Shown here one piece after another: positions 37,693-52,600 of a stretch of DNA of 64,000 nt (position 1 is the stretch's first letter; the number at the start of each line of letters is the position of its first letter). The stretch comes from Geosiphon pyriformis uo1. Lineage: Eukaryota > Fungi > Glomeromycota. The position numbers and the translations under genes were made by a program. The notes under the pieces were generated by a model, which saw only the letters and a program-made list of their open reading frames with translations, searched no databases and was not told where the DNA came from. Location: NCBI GenBank assembly GCA_016748015.1, contig JAAOMT010000523.1:1448206-1512205 (forward strand). The letters run 5' to 3'.

Positions 37693-39431
37693 TATAGCTT
37701 ATATTATCAAATTGATATTTGAAATTCATATTTTAATCAAAGGAAAAATATTCGATATGGTATACGACCTCGAAACTTTCTGGACGTCTACTCACCAGAT
37801 CGTGTCAGTACCACAGTTCTCAAAAATACTAAAGAATTTTCCCAGAATGTTTTTCATGCGGCTTCTACCAATACGTCCCCAATTTCAAATTACTCTCAAA
37901 CGAGCGATTCTTCTGTGATTATTCTTATATGTTCATCATGGAATTCAGGTAAGCAGGAAATTAATATAAGTGGTTAGATACGGTATATGATGATAAAACG
38001 GTCAAAAATAATAATTTCAACTTGTATTTTGAAAGGAAATAAGTCAACTTGCATGCCGGTAGCACATAATCTTCAAAGTCAAGGCTATGTAGTAGTCGTT
38101 CCAAATATCACTTTATATCCTCAGGTAAAAAGAAAAAATAATTATCATCTCTTCACATATTATTTCGTAATATCAATTTAAAAATTATTTCCAAAATCTT
38201 CTGCAGGGAAAAATTGCCGAAATGGTATCGGACGTTCAACAAACGATAAATTGGACTCACTCAAATATTCGGTAATAATTTATTTAATGTCTTTACCATA
38301 CTTTGTATTTACTACTAAACGATTCCTTGAAAACATAGACAATTTCGAGGTGATCCATCACAAATATACTTGATGGGTCATTCGGCAGGAGCCCTTTTAT
38401 CAGCTCTGACAATTATTCATGACGTATGCGCTAGATTGAATGTACTGCCATTGAATAATTCGTCTGTTAGGATTCCACATTGGAATAACGCGCCAAGGTC
38501 TTTAGCCCCCAGAGTCCAAGGATTAATTTTGTGAGTCTCAAATATTTTGTGTCATATACTCGAAAACTATTTATACTGATTTAAAAAATCCTAGATTTTC
38601 AGGCACTTATGACGTTACTGATCATTACGCATATTTACATCATAAAGGTAAATTTAACGTGACACGAAAGGCAGTTTATCATAAAAATATAAATAATAAA
38701 ATTTTGTCTCGTCTCAATAATCCTTAGGCCTTGAACAAGTTCACGCTCTTCCTCGTGTCATGGGTAACGGTTCCTTTTTAGATTGAAATTCAATTGCCTA
38801 AATAACCCGACTAGTGTCTCATCTTGGAAAGTTTTTATTTAAAATAGGCAATACTCCAGGATCGTTCGTCCAATGTTCACCAATGTACTTGCTAGATCAA
38901 GCGTTGAATCGAGTTATGGATCCTGATCGTTTGAAAATGATGTTACCACGCACGGTTGGACTGATTCATGGTGCTAAGGTAATTTTATAATTCCAATTAA
39001 TTTAATTTGTATTATTAAATTTATAACCCTTTTCAAAAATCAACCATATTCCAAATCAGGATCACTTCAATCCCCCGACATCAGCCCAAAACTTTTTCGA
39101 ATTACTCGTGAAAGCGGGGATTCCAACAGTAAAAGTTAAGATCTACGCCGATCACAGTCACATTAGTCCGAAAATCGATCTTATTGTCCCGACGAAACGA
39201 ATATGTGTTCTCCTTTTGGAAGATGTCAAAGAGGTTTGTAAAGGAAGTGCAGGTGTAGTTATGATGGCCAGTGGTAAATTACGTGAAAAACACGAGGAAG
39301 ACGAGCATCAATTCGGATCTCAAAGTCGTCGAGTTTCGTATGACGAGAACCAGGACGAGGGATTGAATATGATGCGGGATAGGGATAATGGAAAAGTTTC
39401 GGGTGGACGTCCCGTTTTAATTACTGCTTGA
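37144..39431 (+). CDS. Membrane-anchored alpha/beta hydrolase, isoprenylcysteine methylesterase (ICME)/BD-FAE-like
   Basis: Multi-exon gene with N-terminal TM segment. Motifs KNIRYG..NFLDVYSP, GYVVVVPN, GDPSQIYLMGHSAGA, FSGTYDVTDHY, LIHGAKD, YADHSH (Ser-Asp-His present). Confidence 0.8.
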
Positions 39432-42400
39432 AAGTCCTTAGATAATCTTGTCTTCGTTTTATTTTGATATCTTAATTTTGAAAATTAAGCGACAAAAAAA
39501 ATTGGTAGCGGAAGAATTCAAACATATTTTTTGATTTTATCCATTTTTAATGGTACTTCTGAACATTATCAAGATTTTTCTAATTTAGCTTTAAATGCTT
39601 TTGAACATCAAATACAACACAAATACGATTTGTTTTCAAATAAATTAATCAAGTTGGACAATAATCTTTGTTTTTTAGAAAATTTCATGAAGAAAACGTA
39701 AAATTTACAGTTGAAATTGAAATTCATGCAAAATTTACAAATCAAACATAGGGAAAATTATGCATTTTCAATAGATATAGATAAAAGTAAGCAATTATCT
39801 TAAAAATAAACAACCTTTCGAAGTTGATGGTGTAGAGGGTTACTTATTTTCAGGACATTGTGTCCTTAAGTTATAAGGAAAATGAAAAACAATTTGAATA
39901 GAATTACTTGATATATTAATATTAGAGTAAAAATTTAAAACCAGTTTATTAATTTATTTTTTAAAAATAAATGTCATAAATAAGAAACTTGAAATTAAAC
40001 TTTTAATTTATTATTATTATTATTATTTTGCTTAATAAATGGTAATATTTTTTGATAAAAATGGTAATAATTAATTAAAACTGTTTATATTGAGCAATAT
40101 AGCTAAATACTTATTTCTATTTAATTTGGCAAATGTTTTATTGTTATTATTGTTTAAACCAGGAAAAAAGCTGTTGTTTATATCCAAAATAGTACTAAAT
40201 ATTATATTGATTTTGGTAAAAAAACAATATATAAAAAACAAATATGTTATTTTTTAAAAAAAAATAAGTTTTAAAATAATAACAAAAATTTATAATTTCT
40301 AAAAAATTATATTTATTTAATATTATTAATTATTTTTATTGTCCAAATTTTAAGATAAGTTAAGATTTTATTTAAAAATTTTTTAATATTGTAAAAAATC
40401 AAAACATTTGAACAGTTAACAATAAAAAAAATGTTTATTTTATAACTACTTTCAAAAATTATAATACAAAAATATTAACCAATTTATTTACTCAAATTTC
40501 TGAAATAAATTAAATTATTAATATTCAAGTTTTTTGTGAGATATATATATATATATATGTTATAACTAATATTTTCATTTAAGACTAGATCCTACTTTAT
40601 ACAATATATTTTTGCCATATTTAAAATTAATTGGTTATTTATGTTTTTTGTTACAATTAAAATTTTTAAATATATAATACAGTGCTAAAATCACAGCTCT
40701 GAATTCAATTATCATAAAAAATCATTGTTATTAAAAAATGTAATATTTTATCTAAATTTTGAAAATATATTTTAGCTTTTTAACTAATATTTTTTAGTGC
40801 TAAATTGTTTAACTGATTTACTAGTATAAACTCTGAATTTGCCAAATAAATTGACCGATTTTTTTCAGATAGCAGCGATAACACTATTGTGTTTTATAAC
40901 ATCATAATTAAGTACAAAATGTTCTAAGCTATTATAATAGTCCATGTAATTTAACAAATATTCATTATAATTAATGTATCAAAAATTTACTGAACTCCTT
41001 AAACCAACTTTATTTATTTTCTGAAGATAACTTAACTCATTACTTTCTCTTTCTTATTCAATAATTGATTAGCATAAATCACATTTCAATGCTTAAGATT
41101 TTTCACATTCTTTGCCCAAACATTAAAACTAAAATTTTATATAAAGATTTTTAGCTTAAAAGACAAGAAAGCTTCTAAAACTTTGTTTTAAACATTAATT
41201 TAAGAACTAAAAAATCAAAAAATCAATTTAAATGAAACCAATTTTTATAATTCTTAAATTTATTTAATTTGAAACAAAATTAAAAAAATACTCAAAAACT
41301 TTAATCCACTTAAAATAGGATTAAAATAAATTTTTTAAATAAATTTATGAAAAAAAATATATAAATAAAACGAATTAAGAATTGGATAAAATAAAATTTT
41401 ATTATAATTAAATTTTTTGAAAAATCCAAATATTTTGATTATTTAATTATTTTGTTTATAAACACATTTAAAATTACCATTAAATCTTTGATTAAATACT
41501 TCTTGGTTTTTATTTAAAAAATATATCAAATAACTTGAATATTTATTTTATTTTTAGCAATAAAAAATTGTAAATAAGAAAATTTTTATTATTATTGATA
41601 CTTGATAACTGTTTTTATTTTATATTATTTTGTTTTAATTGTTAGTTATATATTTTTAGATATGTTATAAATTTTCTAAAATGTTAAACGTAAAAATTAA
41701 ATCATTTGAAAAATATCAAATATCAAATATCAAATATCAAATAATAAAAATATAATAAGTAATTTGATTTTTTCAAACATTATCAAATTAATACTTAAAA
41801 AATAACGTCATTGAGAATTTACAAGATAACTAAAATTATGGTTTTTTTTTGGCATTTATTTTGATAAAAGCAAAAAGAAAAAGGTTTTTATTTTATTATT
41901 TATTAAATCAACATTTGCAAAAAACAACTTATTGTTATTTATTTGTAAAAACATTAAAAAAATAACTTATTTTTATTTATTTGTAAAAAGATTAACAAAA
42001 ACAATACACCAATTGATAAAATAAAAAAAATTGTGAAAAGATAAATACAACAAAAAACTTTTAGATTAGTCTGTATTTAATAAGATTATATAATATATTT
42101 AAGTAACTTGATAAGAAATGGAAAACTATTTCAATTAATATATTGGAAAAAAATGTCCACAAGACTTAAATCTTGCATTGAAAATCTAAATCAAAAAGAA
42201 ACTTTATTCTATTTATAAATGGAGTTTTTTGATTCCGCTGGCTGGTAATGCGACTTGAATTAATAATAGCAAAATGGTGATGCATGTGGCTTGCGAGCTA
42301 CCCAAATTTCTGATTACCATTTCTCGGAGCTTTCAATCCCAAAATTGTAAACTTGCAGCGGAAATAAGCTGAAAAGGAAATTGATTGAAATGATTTTTAG

Positions 42401-42993
42401 CTAAATTTGGAAATCGAACAATAGTTCAATGACGAAAATTTCGTGTTTCACCAAGGCTTTTTATGCGGGCGTATAAAATTACAAAAATCCAGCATTTCGC
42501 GTGACGTGAAAGCAAGCAAACGATGATATTTCAACATAGAGAGGTACAAATATCATAACTCTTATAACACTTATCTATTTTCAAAAAAAATAAGAAAAAA
42601 TAAAAAAAAAGCAAACTATTTAAGAAAACCAAGAAATATACATAATTTTTTTTTTCGAATAACTACAAGGGGAGGAAAATAAACAAAAATTATGATTACA
42701 AAATTTTTCAAAGATCCAAGAATCTTTTGACAAAAAAACTAAAAGAGATTTTAATATATAACCAGATTGAGTTTTAAAGTTCTTCAAAATGGAATCTTTT
42801 TAATAAATATTTTTTTTTGAGCACGGATGCTTTATATGTTTTGAATTAAATGGTTTCATGCAAAATTAATAAAAATTTATGTGGAAGCCCTAATCAGACT
42901 TTTGAATGCATAATGAAAAAATGATTTCGTACTATCGCCATGAGAATCCAAATTTGAGTTCAACACCTAGTCTTAAACTAATATTCTTCAAAA

Positions 42994-43759
42994 TCACCTT
43001 TTGAGTCGGTCAGTGACCCATTCCCGTAATATCTCGCTTTCACGTTGAAAACGATCATCGAGAAACGCAAAATACAATTGTCTTTGATCTTTGTTAATCG
43101 AGTCATGTCGATTTTCGTATAACTTTTCGGCCCATGAACTTTCAATTTTTGTGGTGACTACGCGCAATTCGTAGATTAAGTAGGTATTTATCAGCAGCAT
43201 GACTAATAATCCGATAACTATGAATGTACTATGGGTGGGCAGTGAAACATTGTGTAAAAAATCCATAATCGAATACTGAGATGGTAATGAAAAATTAGTT
43301 GATAATGTTTCGAATGATCGTAATCCGAAAGAGACGCCTTTTGATTTTGGTGAGGTGGGTGATGATAATGCAGATGATGACAATGATGGCATTGATTCAG
43401 GAAGTAATTTTTTGTTAAAAGATATTGGAGTATTAACGCTGCGAGTAGGATTTACATTTTTCGATCGAACTATCGGATTCTGAGTATTGCTGACAAAAAT
43501 TTCGCGTCCCAGTTGCGTGTGGGTTTCAGCATCAGAGTTATACATGTTGGAAGCTTCGGCTTCTAAAATTTCATCGATAACGGGGACTGATGGATCATCG
43601 TGAAATTCGGCTGGATGAGCCGTAATATATTTACGCACAGTTTCGGCTAATGAACCATAAAATACTGATTGTCCTTCGATGGAAGCCTTTTCAATTGGGT
43701 CTAAAGAGAGATGGGGTTTTAGTTAAATTATGATAACCTTGGAATTTTATCGACAATTG

Positions 43760-43795
<36 letters not shown>

Positions 43796-46471
43796 TATAC
43801 TTTTAAGCCAGCTTGATTTATTCCATTCAACCGCACAAGTGATGATAACACGAGATTGATTTTTCCCGGCCCACATGATACATATTCTAGTTTTGACATT
43901 GAAGGCGTTACCAGAGGGAACATCCGGGGTAGTGGTGGTACAAACTGTTGTTACGTAACTGAAAAGAATTTATTTTTCAGATTACAATTAATCTCAATTT
44001 GAAAAAGAAATTCAAAATTTTAAAAAACTTACTTTTCAAAATCACGATGAAGACATTCTTCTTCAAATAAACATTTGGTACGCTTGGGACCAATTGAAAA
44101 GTCCAGTTTCTTCATATAAGAAGATGAACGAGTTAAATGCCCGCGATCTGCTTCAGCCCATTCCCCAATTTGTACTTCTAAAAAAGAGAAGAATTTTAGC
44201 CGAATGATTCCATGAAATTCGATAATTTTAAAATTTTTCGAATTGCCTACCAGTCGCCTTTTCAACATTCAACAAGAAATCTTGAAAGAATCCACAAGTA
44301 AAAAGCAAATTATAAATTTTTTCAACACTTCCAGCAAAAACGGAGTCTAACGCGGTGTTTGAATAGTGATCGTTTGTATCGAGACAATGACAACTGGTCG
44401 GCTGTCTTGATTTCTTTACGGGGTTAGTGGATTTATTTGAATGTCTTTTTTTTGGATGTATAATTGGTCGAGGTGAAAGTTCTGAATTCATGGGTGTTTG
44501 AGCCAAATCTTGGGATGTTGAACGATGTGGTGCTTCAATTTGAGGTGATGGTGGTGGTGATTTATTGTCGTTGGTACTTTCAGAGATATTACCTTCGCGA
44601 CGAGTTCGATTTTTGATATTCAGACGTGGAAATAATTTCTTTTTTCCAAATAATCGTTTCGTACCTGTATTAAAATTTTATTTTTGAATACATACAAGCC
44701 AACCTGAAAGGTGATAATTGAATTTGAAATAAGAAAATTTACCATCATGATCTTCAGAGCAGTAATCATCCTCTGTGCCCGAAACCTCACTTAATGAATT
44801 TTTTTCTCGCTTATATGACTCGCTACGATATAGTTTACACTCAGGTCCGGGGGCGAAAGAAATTTGTGAGCCCATCGAGGGATGTGAAACTCGCCATAAT
44901 TTATTCAATAAATCATAAACAGAGTCACGCGATAATAAAGAAGCGAAGAAAAACTATTTGTGATGATAAAATATAAATAAAAAGGTCGCGTAAATAAATT
45001 GATCGACAGGAGTCTCGAGAAATGTACCTTAAATTTGAAACGTACCTTCTGCGTTAAAGTAGATATCAAGATCGCATTTGGAATAATCAAGGCACTAGTT
45101 TTCTTTTCGATCGAGACAATATCCGAAAAATCGATTATTACGTCTGTTGTCCAGCCGAAAATATTTGCATGAAAGCAAATGTGTTGTAAAGTAATATACA
45201 TTCTTCCTTGTGCCAATATTTCTCGTTGCAATGCACAGCGGTAGTCTGTCAAAATATTTTTTTGAATATAACAAAGTAAGGGAAAATGATACAAAGAATG
45301 AGGCCAAATCATACCTACCATTAATAAGATACTCATCAGATGGTACTGAATCAAACAAAGTATGATAAGCTTTGTTGCGTTTTTGGCTTGTAACCACATA
45401 CGAAGTTAAAACTGGTGTGCCATCGGACAAAACAATCGACAACGAGGCATAATTTCGTTTCTGTTTTTTTTTAGTTTGAGCTTCTTCTGGATGCTTTGCT
45501 AGAGAAAATCGATAGTTGGAAGATTTAGAAAGTCGTGGTGTCGATGTAGTTATTGGGGGTGCTTCAGTTATTTGATTCGCATCTGTTATCATTGTGGGTA
45601 AGGTATCCTCATTTTTTAAAGGTAAAGTAACATTCTCTCCAGATTCAATAAAACTAGTTGGTTTCATGAATACAGGATCATGAGCAGGAGCAGGAGCAGG
45701 AGCAGCAGAAGCAGAAGCAGAAGCAGAAGCAGAAGTAGCAGTAGCAGTAGCAGTAGCAGTAGCAAGACTAGAATTTTTATTGTCAGTGGAAGGAGTTTTA
45801 AAATTTTGAAATTTCATAGCATTGATTGATGGGGGGAAAGAGATTCTTGTCATTGATACTGTTGGTGATGATGCAGCACTATTTGACGGAGTTGCAGACG
45901 ACACAGCAACACTAGAGCGACGACGATGAGAAATTGAAGTTTTGCGATGTAATTCATCACTAATTCTTGAGATCAAACTATTTCGCTTAGATTTTCCCGC
46001 ATCTTTTCCTAAACTTGTCGTTGTCCAATCAAAATCTAATGGAATTTCCAATGAATTCATTTCTATGTTTGAGAAAGAAATTTCACCTCTTGATAAAGAA
46101 GATGAATTTATATGATTTTCACTTGATTGTTGTTGTTGTTGTTGTTTATGAGTTGTGGGAGAATTGGGATTTGTTGAAGAAGATGAATTCGGCTTATCGT
46201 CAGGAGGCGTTTCTGGTGCCTCAGAATTTGATAAAAAATAGCTCGGGGAAGTTGGTGATGGGATGATATCTTGTTGAGACTTTTTAGCTGCGTTAGGTGG
46301 GCTTGGAGGTGGAGTTGAAGCAGCATCAATATGGTAAGAAGCCGCCGAAATATTCTCGGAATCAGGGAAACCTAATGGTATTTCAATTGATAGGTTTGGG
46401 ATTATTTTGGTACCAGTAGTCTTTAATCTGGAGTTCTTTCTTGGTGAAGAAGTAGACAAAGATACTAGACC

Positions 46472-46515
<44 letters not shown>

Positions 46516-46657
46516 TAGGTGATTTTGAAATTTTTGGTGATAAAGGAGTGGAGTGCCTTTTTGATGATGATGATGATTTTTTAGTAGTTACAGTCCTGTG
46601 TTGATATTGATTCTTTTTTCTTGGACAGGTGAACCTTGGCGTCATTGTTTCAGACAT
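42994..46657 (-). CDS. LAM/Ltc (GRAMD1/Ysp2-like) lipid-transfer protein: disordered N-terminus, GRAM, VASt/StART-like domain, C-terminal TM
   Basis: GRAM: RNKAYHTLFDSVP..DYRCALQREILAQGRMYIT..ICFHANIFGW..IEKKTSALIIPNAI. VASt: SIGPKRTKC, TPDVPSGNAFNVKTRICIMWAG, VEWNKSSWLK. TM helix FIVIGLLVMLLINTYLIY. Exact 3' end uncertain. Confidence 0.9.
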
Positions 46658-49600
46658 TTGATTTAAAAATTCATAATAATTAACAAAAAGAATATTTAAT
46701 AGGAATTTTTTGAAAGAACAGTTAACTAAATATGAAAAAGGAAAAGTTTTTTAAATTTTGTTTTGGTTATCGTTCTTTTTTTTGAACCCTTTGGCAAAAC
46801 AAGAAAATTTCAAAGTTTCTTTTTTTACAAGAAAACTTTGCAAAGAATTCAATGGAGGAAATGAATTTTTTGGGGACGATTGTTAAATAATTAATTTATC
46901 GATCGTCAAAACGTGTGCAAATGTTAATAAAGTTTATAATCTCTTGAAGATTATGTTTCTTATTATAATTAAAAAACTTTGCTGAATAATTCTTTTCCGA
47001 AAAAAAATCTTTTGTGCCAAGGGTTGTAGTTGGGAAAGGGGATGATGTCGTAAATTCTATCAAAATTGTGTATATGAAAGAGTTACTGTCGGCAGCAGTG
47101 CCAGAAAGGGACCATTATATAAACGGGATGTCATGCACATCAAAATTTGAGCGATGATCAATGCTGGAATCAAAAGTACCAACTAATTGTAAGCTACTAT
47201 TTTAAAAATGAAATCGATTGAACGTTTACTAATTTATTAATTTAAGATTTTCTAGTGGGATAATCTTTTTTTTTTACTTAACCCATTATCAAATACCAAA
47301 TTGATTGGTATTGAAATAAAAATTTAATAGATACGTATGATGACATATTCTTAATGATGTCGTTACTTACGGAATATTTTCTTCGAAAGTGCTGGGAAGG
47401 GACTTATAGGAACTAAGAATAATGTGATTAATAGTCACGGTTAAACTTTTATTCCTTTTAGACAGTGGAGGCCATTATTAAGGCTTAGTTAATATTTGAT
47501 CCCGATTTTTGAAAAGAATCGAAAATTTTAAAATATTGGACTTGATTGATTCCCCCTTATTTTGAATCAGTTTAAAATTAAAAAATTTTAAAGACTTTTT
47601 GAATGATAAAAATCATTTAAATTATAATTTATAATTTATAATTTATAAAATAATATAATAAAATAAAATAAAATATAATAATGTATAGGGATATTAAAGA
47701 GTTGCATATTTATTGCGATGATGCAATTTCTCTTTGGTAAATTTTTTTAATATAGAAAGATGAAGTCAGTTATACTATACTACTACATCTATTTAGTGAT
47801 GGTGGGTTAGGGGTAAAAGAACGAAAATTAAAAATTTGTTAAAATAATGAAGCAGCTTAAAGTTGAAAAAAAATTTTTTAGTGTCATTATTGATTGTGGC
47901 GTTTACATTGTAGGGAATGTAGATCAGTCTTTTATTGTATATAATGAAAACAAATCAATTCTATTGATTTGTTACGACGACGACGACGACGGATATAAGT
48001 ATATGCAAAAGGTTAAAATAATTACAGATCATCATAATCATCATCAACATCATAAACATGAGTCAAATTTAATTCAAAATTTTTAGGTCAAAATTTTTTT
48101 TGAATAATTCTCAAAAGCTTGGTTTTAGAGAAATTGGGAAAATGTTACTAAACTTACTAAGGTAAAGAAAATCAATGAAAATTTTCACGGATAAATATTA
48201 CAAATCTAAAGTGACAAAAGAAGTTTCCAAATTTGTTTCGGAAAAGGGTTCCAAAATTAAATTAAGAAATTACCAAGCAAAAAGTAATTATCTTGTTAAA
48301 ATTAATAGAACCCATTATTATTGTCAATTTCTAGTTTAATACTGATTAGTAATTATATTATGGTTATATAAAGTTTGAAAGTAGAAAGATATTCTCGATA
48401 AAAAAAAAAATTGGGGGATTTGAATCTTTCTAAAATCTTTGTCCAAGATGAAGTATCCACAAATAATTTTGAATTTGTCATCTTTTGCCAAATTAGTTTT
48501 GAGATAATCGATTTTGGTGGAGGTTTGAACTATTTTAAAATAAAAATATCTAAAAGTATGATATGAATGTTCTGACGCAAGTTTTATATCATCAATTTTA
48601 AGCGGGCGTTTTAGATTGATAGAAGGACATAGTTGATTTTTTTTTATTTTATTTTATTTTATTTTATTTCCTTGGCAACTCTAATTTAAATTAATCCAGA
48701 TTCAATCAGAAACTCCTCGATTCTACTCTTTTTTTAGTGAAAAAAAAATTTTTCGTTATATATTTTTCAATTTTAGAACTCTACCGATTTATCATCTATC
48801 TCCGTATATGAAATAAAATGACTAGCCTCTATTTCGGAACTACTAAATTACCCATTTGTTTTGCTGATCTCCCGAATAAGATATTCACAGGACAATAACT
48901 GCGCATAGTCAGAAATCTGTTTAATAGTTAGGCTAGAAAATCTTATACTAACTTTATTTGAATGATTAGAGTTAATAATATGTTAATTATTTTGATCCAC
49001 GAATTCAAAAACGTTATTTTATTAATAATTAATAACTTAAAGCAGCCTAAAGAATAAGCGGTGAAATTTAATTTTTGCTAACAATAAAATGATTTGGGCA
49101 CTTTACTAAGTTCAAATATTTCAACTAATTGTTATAAAGATATTACTACTATTTATTTATAGAAACTAAAGGTTGTTTTTTTTTTTGTTTTTTTTTTGTT
49201 TGATTGATTGTTTGATTGATTGTTTTGTTTGTTTTATCATTGTCGCAATGTGATAAATGATCAATGATTATCATCTGATAAAAGAACCATTTGATGAGTA
49301 ATTTAATAACTGATGAATGAAAAACGCATGTTATCATAAATTTTCGAGTATTATCTCATGTTTTAATTTAAGCATTCTTGAGAACTTTTTTTTTAAAATT
49401 TTTTTTTAGAGCATATAATAAATAATTGACAATTTTATATATCAGAATTTATTTAGTCACTAAGCTCATTAGTTTAAGTCTTTGAAACAATCAGCTGATA
49501 GGAAATTGTAAAATGTATACAAAAATTTTAAACATTTATTCAAAAATATTAAGTCTGGAAACTTTTATTTTAAATCTGTTAAATTTATATCCATTTTCGG

Positions 49601-52600
49601 CTCAAGATTAAATTTGGAATTCAATATTTATTTTAATGACACAAAGCTAATTGGTTAGCTTAAATTTTCATTTAAATAAATAAATAAATAAATAAGTAAA
49701 TAAAAGGCTGATAAACCCATATCGAGCTGGATCATCTAAAAGGATTATAATTATTTTGGTCCGAATAAAGTACTCTTTGTGCTTTAGAAAAAATATTGAA
49801 TTGGATTTAGAAAAATTTTCTTTTTTTTTTTTTAAGATGGTTAAGGCAATTATAACAAATGAATTTGAAAGACAATGCAAAATAAATGAATTTGAAAGAA
49901 AATGTACAATAAAATGACTTTTTGAAAATCTCATGCTTATTATGATTAACCAAGAATTTTTCTTAAATTAATCATTTGATTTGTCATTTAGGAAAATTCG
50001 TCACAATTCACTTCAATTTTTAATCCCGTTTTTGCTACGTGCTATCACTCAATATTGTTGACACAGTATCTTTTTCACAGTCATTGATAAAATATCAATT
50101 GTTTTTTTTTTATTTTTGAACATACTAAAAAAAGGTTAGAGTGGGTAAACATTTAAAAAACCTTAAAAAAATAAAAAATGCTACACCATATGATAGGCAA
50201 TTGTTTATTTAAGTTATTTCGGTTGATTTTTGAACCGTTAAAAGGCTCATTGTAACGCTATATCGGGTTAAAAAAAATTTTCGGGACATTTTTAGCCGAA
50301 AAACTTGTAAATTTGATTGTTTTAAAATTAAAAGTCAAATAGAATCCGGTCTTTTTAAATTTCTTTTTTAAAAAAATTAAGTAAAGCTTGTAATCAGATT
50401 TTTCGATTTGTTAAACCTCTTTTTTTTCTTGCCTGCTTAAAAATTAATTCTTTTTGTAACCAAAATATTTTGAGTTAACTTGATAAAAATTCAATTGAAA
50501 AATATTGTGAAAGGTTTAATTTATTCAATTTGAAATTAATTTAGTTGAAAAATATTCATTTAAAAATACATCTGCTATTGAGTTTATTGACTTTAAAAAA
50601 GTACTTTATATTTTATTCTTCAAATCAATGATTCATCTTTAACAGGAAATACCAAAAAAAAAAGTTCAAAGGCTTTTTTAAAAAAGATTTTTTTTTAAAT
50701 TGAAATTTAACATATAGTATTATTTAAAATTTAAAAGATACAATTTTTTAATTGACAATCCTTTTTATTTCCTCAGATCTTAAACTTGAATCTAGATTTT
50801 AACTTTAGTAAAATTATTATCCAATTTTAAAATACTTGGTGAATATTCAAATAAAAATGATAAAAATTTAATCCTAGTTAAAAAATCTTTAATTACAATT
50901 ATTTAATAATTTAAAATTTATTTTGAAATCTATTTTTTTAAATAAAAAAATGATAAATATAACATTTAAAATAATTTAATTTCACTTAAAACTTTTAAAA
51001 TCAATGCTCAAAATGGTTGATAAAAGTAGGGCAATTAGTCTAAAATGTTGGCTCTCTTATTTAGCATGAATTTCCTTTTGAGAAACTTTAACCCTTTGTA
51101 ATGTTTATTTCATTTATTAAAAATGAGGCGTTATATAGATAGAAAAATTTTATGATCATATTTTTTCACAAGAAAGCGTTTAAAATTTGAATTAGATCAA
51201 CTTATATCGGCACCAAAGCTATTTTATCATTAATTTTAACCTTCCAAATTCAAATGCTGCTCAATGAGAAATGGCTAATATCTCATTTTCATTTATAAAA
51301 CCAACAAGCGCATTTCGGGTATTTTTTAGATCTTAAAAAAATTTTTTCCCCCAAATATTTATATGACGCAAGATTTTTTTAGATCCTAGAGCTAGATTAA
51401 TCGTCTGAAATAATGTACTCATAAATCAGTTCCAAGAATAGGTAAATTTAATGAAATCAATTATTATTTTATCAGCTAGAAGCTTTTTTTTGACTGATAA
51501 ATATTTACCAATTTATTGAATGTTTCTATGCTCACAAGCTTTTGATAAAATCATTTTTGTCTTTGAAAAGAAAAATGGTTAAATGATCTTTTTACCTAAA
51601 CTTTTGAAATGAGCTTTTACAACTAAAATAATTGAACTTCATAAATCTAAATATCTGAATATTCCCTCAAAATAATAGAGCAGCACCTTGAAATTATCAT
51701 CAATTTTGAATTTTTATTTTATTTTGAGATCAGATAAAAGACATTTGCATCAAAGGTTATTTGAAATTTTAATATTTGCTGTTTAATTTTATCCCATTCA
51801 AAAAATTTAACCAGTATGAAATAAATTTATAAAATTTTTTTCAAAATGTAAGCTTCATTGATCTCAAAACATGTGTAAAAGATTTTTAGAAACTTTAAAT
51901 TTTTATGTAAAATAAAGGTAAAGAATTTGGAATGTTACAAAAAATAAAATATGAGTTATAAAATCATAATATTTTCTTGGTTCTGTATAAAATTAACCAA
52001 ATGAACAGACTCAAAAATGAAAATAAAAAAGTTAAAAAAAACTATTTCTCTTTCTTAAAAATTTATGAGTAAAGAATAAAAAAGAAGCAATTGTTTATTA
52101 TTTAATAAAATAACAACATAAAAAGCTCTTTTAGCTATGAAGATAGCTAACAGAATATATGAAAAAAATATTTTTCTTACCTATAACAAATACAAAAAAA
52201 TATATTTTGTGGCTGGTGGTTTTCTTTTAGTTAAAATGCCATCAAAATAACACAATAATAAATCTTTTCAAAATTCTAAAAAAAAGCTTTTTTTGGTATT
52301 TTTCAAACCATCAGTTTTACGTTCTTTGAAAACTCTGAACTTTTTTGATATTGTTTTAAAGTTTACTTTTTTTCTTTAAAAATATGGCTTTGGTTTTTGC
52401 TACTATTAATCGCAACAATTAGTTCCAATCCAGCTGTAAACAATAGGGTTTTCTTTAATTTAAATAACAATAGCAATTGGTTATATTACTTAATATAACT
52501 ATTTTTTGATAGATTATTATTGGTTATAAAAATTAAACAAATTTTGTTTGAACATATACTCAAATCTAATTATAGTATACTTTTTGTATAAAATTTGTAT

